NCBI GenBank assembly: GCA_019828565.1
Contig: JAHDYR010000012.1
Location: 1 to 64,000 of the forward strand
Direction of reading: 5' to 3'
DNA: 64,000 nt
From: Carpediemonas membranifera BICM
Taxonomy: Eukaryota > Protista > Fornicata
The translations under genes and the position numbers were made by a program. The notes beneath the pieces were generated by a model. The model saw nothing but the letters and a program-made list of their open reading frames with translations. It had not been told where the DNA came from and did no database searches. Positions within the stretch are counted from its first letter, which is position 1. Each line of letters starts with the position of its first letter. Positions 59,701-64,000 of this stretch are shown here, piece after piece.

Positions 59701-59928
59701 CAGGGGCCAATCGATGATCGTTCGGCGGTCGCCCAAGCGGTCCGCGACCAGCGTTGTCTCGAAGGTGCCGTGTTGCTGGAGACCTTGGTCGTCAGGGCCC
59801 GTCAGCTGGACCATGTCGGGGCCCCTCCTGCCAAACTGGGCGAGTGCGTTGGCGAGGTCCAGCGAGATGGTGGACACTACGGAGCCAGGGTCGACCGTCG
59901 CTGAGATAAGCGTGTCACCTATCGTCAC
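56791..59928 (-). CDS. pol of element G (PR-RT-RH-IN-chromodomain), intact 1045 aa
   Basis: VDPGS, CDLRSGFHQ, YIDD, ETDAS, H...H...CVYC, VDTMGP...SDNGPEY...GLAER, YYVEKV...IKWLGF...TWE. Confidence 0.95.
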   Translation of the reverse strand: MTIGDTLISATVDPGSVVSTISLDLANALAQFGRRGPDMVQLTGPDDQGLQQHGTFETTLVADRLGDRRTIIDWPLHVISGRADKVLIGSDILWFLGLMSDEGIMLRLRPQVHDGEDEGLPDDQTDDFHAVNNIVSDDAGPLGTRIASDFPLKAEMADVIRRHAPVFGELHPDGAQIAAATIDIVPGAPLPNHAPRPLTASTAERVHEIIDDMDRQGIVRDSYSHVASAAVIVVKKSSELRLCADYRELNSVTTPDRFPLADIRTFTNDFIGAKYFFACDLRSGFHQMPVREDHKYLTAITLPGRFKEYNFAPFGLRNLPSQFQRAIQAILAPVRADGTKNYIDDIFGRAKTPQELLDHVDRLLCIAEERNVRLRGDKCVFGATSIEILGDIVDGKGRRMSPTRVRSMQDLAAPHSVKDLRMIIGMFTYLSDYIPDCQTRLKPLQALVSKVPPYTFNDWDDTLQALFDQLKQAVTDEEVLAHPDQSRPWRLETDASLEGIGGVLLQLDSDNTWRVVSFFSKVFNDTQSRWCTYDQELFAIIYCLTRPDLSPIFRVHQDLTIWTDHRNLVYLHSKAGQENRKHLRWLLMIQEFEFVIRHIAGAQNTLADALSRYNPQATVSQVNNVSEAELDEDAKRKIVQEAHRYHEGEQATIRNVRQLGHDWPGLHSDVHAVVSTCVYCAKARLSAFIKTTTQSSLRDRPFQTIAVDTMGPFPVDSEGFRYILVATDMFTRFTELIPTASNNATTVGLALWSIIGRYGVPREFLSDNGPEYRNRMIEAFLDRLQVTYHRTIPFHPQSNGLAERRNQEVKRHLRVLCLMFDRYDAWASVVPYVQYILNTTVHSVTGVEPIALLMGKHASARDFTIAPKEEGRVHTPLDDIASYIDALTEHLQILADQALNRQQAMTRTAEPTPPIEPGTLVLRKNESPTKLHGHRGPFRITAADGYAAEITPLTGGKSRRVHLSQLIRICQGPLSDAELLRIAATDDEEYYVEKVLEVDDETGDLLIKWLGFPEAKATWEGPNSDAARTSVVRRHLEERGSVPIN

Positions 59929-61213
59929 TGGAATCCGGAGAAGCCGGCCCGGCGAGTAAGCGTGCTCGGCATGCTCTACGTTCTGAACGCTGCCTTGTTG
60001 GGGCTTGTTGGGGGGTGTCGGTGTGAATGGTGTGGCCTGCTTGGGGTTCTGCCTGAACTGCCAAGGACCCTTCGACGTCGATGGTTGCTGGGGCTGCTGT
60101 GGTTGTCCAGCGGCCTGTCGTTGGGGACCAACCTGCCTGCGGCTGGCGTGACTGGTTCTGCTGGGCGGCTGAGGCTTGGTGTGGTGTGCGTTGAGAGGCC
60201 TGGCCCTGGCGGGGATCTTGAGGTTGGCGGCCCGCCGGTGTGGCTCTGTTAGCCTGACTCTGGCGCTTCAGCAGCCGGCACTCTTCAGTAGAGTGGCCGC
60301 CGGGACCGTGGACGCGGCAGGTCTTGCGGCCGTTGCCCGGTGTAGCGGGGACCTTGGCGCCTGCCATGGGACCGGAGGTCCTCTGGCAGAAGGACCAAGG
60401 CGTGACGATCGTCCCATCGGAGTTAGTTGGCAAAGCCAGGATGCGGTGCTGGACGTCATCGATGGTGGTGGCGCCGTCGGCGAAATCCTCGAAGGCGAGG
60501 GCGGCTTCGGTGACGTCAAAACCGCGGGTCAGCACGCGGAAAAGCGTGGATATCAGCCTCTTCTCGGTGAGGGGCGTGTAACCGTTTTCTTCTGTCGGGA
60601 ACTTGGGGTTCAGCTGGCGACAGTGCTTGCCGAAAGCTAGGAACATCTTCTGCATAGAGGTGATGTCTCCACCTGTGAGCGTGGTCCTTTCCAGGATCGC
60701 CGCCGCGCGAGCGGCTGGGTTGGCCCGCTGGGCGGGTGTCAGCTCGAAGTACGCGGTGTAGGTGAGCAAGAGGTCCGCCCGCTCGCGGAGCTCCTCCCTC
60801 GAGAGGCGCTCTGAGGCGTTGGTCGAGGTGTCTGGGGCCGTCGGTGGCGGACTGACCGCCTTGAGGGCTGCGGTGATGAAGGCCTGCTTCAGCTCGTCTG
60901 AAGCGATCGAGGCCGCTTGGGTGTCTATATCCTTGAGCTTGGCCAGGAGAGCGCTGAGCTCCTCGGCCGATTTGTCGTCGTCGTTCTTCTCGGGTTCATT
61001 CTGCTCGGAAGGCTTATGAATGGGAGGACGGATCTCTGTCTCAAAGAAGCATTGGAAATCCTCGAATGTTGGGAATCTCGTTGTCGGGATGAACGCCGCG
61101 CGGATTTCGGCTAGTTTCTCGCTCCCGAGGAAAAAGAGGATGCTAGACGGCTGCTTTTTGCTTGCAACGTGAAGACGATACTCGTCTAAACGGCTGTTGC
61201 TGACTAAAACCAT
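59915..61213 (-). CDS. gag of element G
   Basis: ORF directly after the 5' LTR; CRVHGPGGHSTEEC (CHHC knuckle). Confidence 0.88.
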   Translation of the reverse strand: MVLVSNSRLDEYRLHVASKKQPSSILFFLGSEKLAEIRAAFIPTTRFPTFEDFQCFFETEIRPPIHKPSEQNEPEKNDDDKSAEELSALLAKLKDIDTQAASIASDELKQAFITAALKAVSPPPTAPDTSTNASERLSREELRERADLLLTYTAYFELTPAQRANPAARAAAILERTTLTGGDITSMQKMFLAFGKHCRQLNPKFPTEENGYTPLTEKRLISTLFRVLTRGFDVTEAALAFEDFADGATTIDDVQHRILALPTNSDGTIVTPWSFCQRTSGPMAGAKVPATPGNGRKTCRVHGPGGHSTEECRLLKRQSQANRATPAGRQPQDPRQGQASQRTPHQASAAQQNQSRQPQAGWSPTTGRWTTTAAPATIDVEGSLAVQAEPQAGHTIHTDTPQQAPTRQRSERRACRARLLAGPASPDSSDDR

Positions 61214-62553
61214 GACAGTGATCACTGTGGTATGGATAGAACAGCTAGCGAAAGAGATTTAATCAATTGATTGGGACAGGGCGAGCTCCGACGCAGCTCC
61301 CTTGCGGAAACTGTGTAAACCGACGCGGTCGTTGTTGAAGGCGCGTTTCAGCTCGTTTCTCAACGCTCTCATGGTGGCTGGGTGCCTCTTGCTAACTTTT
61401 GTGGAAGCTGTGACGGCCCGCCAGATGCAGGCGTCAGGCGGGAGGGACAGGCCCGCGAGCCACCTCTTAAGAGCAAGGGCGGGATTGAAAGGCCCCAGGA
61501 GAACGTTAGGTAGAGACTTTGTCACTCGTGTCATGGTCTTGGTCCTCCCTAATCTCAGGCGGGCATCACCATTCGCTGCGAACGAGATGTCGGCTGGCGT
61601 GAGGCGGAAGATCTCCGCTCCCCTACTGACTGTGATGTAAGCGAACGCCGCGAACATGGTCGCCTGGTAAGTGGCTATGTCCTTGTTCCTCTCTGCTAGA
61701 GCCCGGATCATGGCCTCCTTGAAGACCGGCGCGGAGCCGCCCGTCATGCCGTCGATGTTGGCGTGTCCTGAGATGCCTCTGCGGATTTGCGAGCAGTACT
61801 GGCCGGCAACCCAGTCAGAGACGAGAGGAGCCAGTTGCTCGATCCAATAGCCCTTCCTCTCGACTGTTGCCGGAGAGAAGTGCTCGGCCTGCTCCTCGAG
61901 GAAGGAGCGGTACTCGTCGGTGTCGTCCTCTTCCGGGTCTCTGGCTGCCAGGAACGCGGTGATGTAGCCCGCTACCGTTCTCTTGGACTCATCTCTTCGC
62001 ATGTGTGCAAGGCTGGGGTGGTTGCGGACGCGCTCGAAAACGTCGGGAAGGCGAGGGCTAGCAGGCGAACTGTGCCGTTCGGGCGCTGCGTGTATTTGAG
62101 AGCAGCCTGGTCCTCGGCGGCGAGCTGACTGTGGTGTACCGAGAAGGTCAACTTGCAGGTTGCTCTGGACTTGAGGAGGCGGAGCTCTGGCGCGACTGTG
62201 TCTGGTACGACGAGGAAAAGTGATGCCGGCCAGGCTCTTGGGGGGAACGTAGTCGGGGTCCCTGGGGTCGACATCAAGCGCTGGCATATCTTCGGGATGA
62301 GGCTCGGGTGTGGGGCAGCGAACATGCGTTTGTCCGTCCAGTCCCTCTCCAGCCCATCGGGCCAACCCTGCTTGGCGAAGCCTGGCAGGGCCAGAGAGCG
62401 GTCTGGGTGTGCAGTCGCATCTGAGTCGACCGGCCCCCACCTCAGCATCATGATCTCCAATATATGGCGTGGTGTGTGGAGGGGCTCTAGCGGCACGCCT
62501 CGTGAGAGCCTGTCGGCCGTAATGTTGAGGTGTCCTGGTGTGTGGCGTGCCTT

Positions 62554-63037
62554 TGTCGCGGGGCTCCAGAATGGTTGTGGCCATTATTGCCACCAAGCAG
62601 GTTTACTCTCTTAAATAGTTCCGACACAAAGTGATCACTTTTCGAAGGAAAGATGGTTAACATCTCTGTTGATGTACCATCACTTGATCCGAAGAAACTT
62701 ACACTACCTGTGCTAAGAGAGTTCAAGCGTAGCGCACGCATTTGGGTTGCTCAGAACGATGACTTCCCTGTTGGCGTCCTACTGCCGGAGTCCCTCCAGA
62801 AAGCTGCCGAGGAGCATTATGACGGTAAGAGCATTGAAGACCTGTCGCTCGATAACATCATCAGTTACCTCCGCAGTGAGGCCATTCCCAAGTCTCTCCC
62901 GGCCCTGAAGGAGGCGATCGATGTAATCGACTGCCCCCTTACGTCGAAGGGACTCAACCGATCAGCCGCAATGCGTGCCTATTGCGCTGACTTCACCGAG
63001 TATGCCGACTTGGTCCTAGAGGTAGCGATGAAAGAAA
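62554..63037 (+). mobile_element. Gypsy element H, 5' fragment: 75-bp LTR 62554-62628 and gag from 62653, truncated
   Basis: LTR ends independently confirmed by the mini solo LTR at 13685-13708; palindrome AAAGTGATCACTTT at 62628-62641; gag resembles element C gag (...MRAYCADFTE versus ...IRAYARAFTD). Confidence 0.85.
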
Positions 63038-64000
63038 CTGCCGATTAAGGTGAATCACTCTGTCCGACCTGAGGACTCTGTGGAAAACGTCCTGAACGCC
63101 ATCACATTGAACCGTAGGCGTCCTCTGTCCTGTAGGTGAAGTAGGTGGGCCAGATCTGAGCTCGAAGCCGGGACGGAGAGACGGAGTTTCCAGGACGTCC
63201 AACTCTTGAGGAGTCTCATCTCCGGCGCTTGAACCTCTGGGTAGAGGAGAAAGACTGCTGAGGTCCAAGACCTCGGGTGTCCAGTCTGAGTCTGAACTCT
63301 CGCTGTCGCTATCTTTTGGACTATGGCTGCCATAGACGAATTGGGGGCCCAGAGGACGCGACATCCAAGCCTTACGTCTACGTCCGTTGAGACTGTCTGG
63401 AATGGACCCACTCCGCGAGGACAGATTCCATGCTGGACTCCAGAGAGGAAGGGAGTCGTGAGAAGTCTCTGGACAGCCGATCTGCTGCCAGGTTGATGAT
63501 GCCCGGAGTGTGTAGTCCACGGAGTGTCAGGTTCCGGTCCTCCGCCTCCTTCTGGATCTGGGCTAGAATGTGCAGGGCCTGAGGTGGAGCCTTCGTACAC
63601 CCCGCCTTGTTGAGCCAGTCCAGAGCTGATGTGTTGTCTGAGAAGATCGATAGCTCGTGTTGGGAACTCTGTCTGCCGATCAGACGGATGCCCTGTAGGA
63701 TTCCCGCGAGCTCCTTCACGTTGATAGATTCTGCTCTTAGTTCTGGAGTGAACGTGCCCGAGGCTGAGGTCCCGTACTCGCCGTGCGCGGCTGCTCCCCA
63801 CTTGACTCCAGATGCGTCTGTCGATACGACGAGGTCTAGGGAGGGGTGAGCGCCCCAAAGCGACTGAAGCTCTCTGATGTCTCGGACTGGGCGCTCTCTT
63901 AGCAGTAGCAGCCACTCTTGCAGTAGCTCCTTGGAGAGTGGGTCCTGTTGAAGGTGTCTCAGCCGGAGGAAAGCCCCGTGGGCGGTTGTAGCGAAGTAAG
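63038..64000 (-). mobile_element. DIRS-type retroelement Y fragment (RNase H and methyltransferase-like region)
   Basis: STDASG...INVKEL...FSDNTSA...HTPGIINLAADRLSR; downstream APEMRLLKSW matches APELRLLKSR of element X. Confidence 0.85.

Larger units (their letters stand above)
56754..61278 (-). mobile_element. Full-length Ty3/Gypsy element G (4.5 kb) with 53-bp LTRs
   Basis: Identical LTRs at 56754-56806 and 61226-61278; GGGCG TSD; PPT at 56807-56820; palindrome ACAGTGATCACTGT at 61215-61228. Confidence 0.97.
56451..62553 (-). mobile_element. DIRS-type tyrosine-recombinase retroelement X (RNase H tail, methyltransferase-like domain, YR), split by element G and cut by element H
   Basis: HTPGHLNITADRLSR; WGPVDSDATA...DGLERDW...FAAPHPSLIPKI...LVVP; YR SRGAE...HSFRKG (61279 side) continues as SGM...LGTW...RPY (56609-56753). 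Confidence 0.88.

Noticed and set aside
1-64000. Naming the host organism
   Set aside because: Composition and short candidate introns fit a protist, but no marker gene is present

Overview
Eukaryotic, GC-rich and intron-poor (protist-like). The window is almost entirely nested and truncated mobile elements, with no unambiguous host housekeeping gene. (1) Nine Ty3/Gypsy LTR retrotransposon copies from about eight families, labelled A-I. C, D and G are full length with paired LTRs and TSDs, and their integrases carry chromodomains. (2) Two copies of a large cut-and-paste DNA transposon with 22-bp TIRs (3180-15262 and 33079-50578). The longer copy encodes a Transib/RAG1/CMC-like DDE transposase plus SET-, PHD-, OTU- and degenerate tyrosine-recombinase-like cargo separated by direct repeats. 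In the shorter copy a satellite module replaces the transposase. (3) A head-to-tail array of CRE-clade non-LTR elements. (4) Two DIRS-type tyrosine-recombinase retroelement fragments. (5) Two disrupted protein kinase genes. The most striking signal is that none of the nine LTR copies has a tRNA primer-binding site. Each instead has a perfect 12-14 bp palindrome abutting the 5' LTR, with eight different sequences among the nine copies, which suggests tRNA-independent, dimer- or hairpin-based priming. All family assignments come from motif reading by eye, and no database searches were run.
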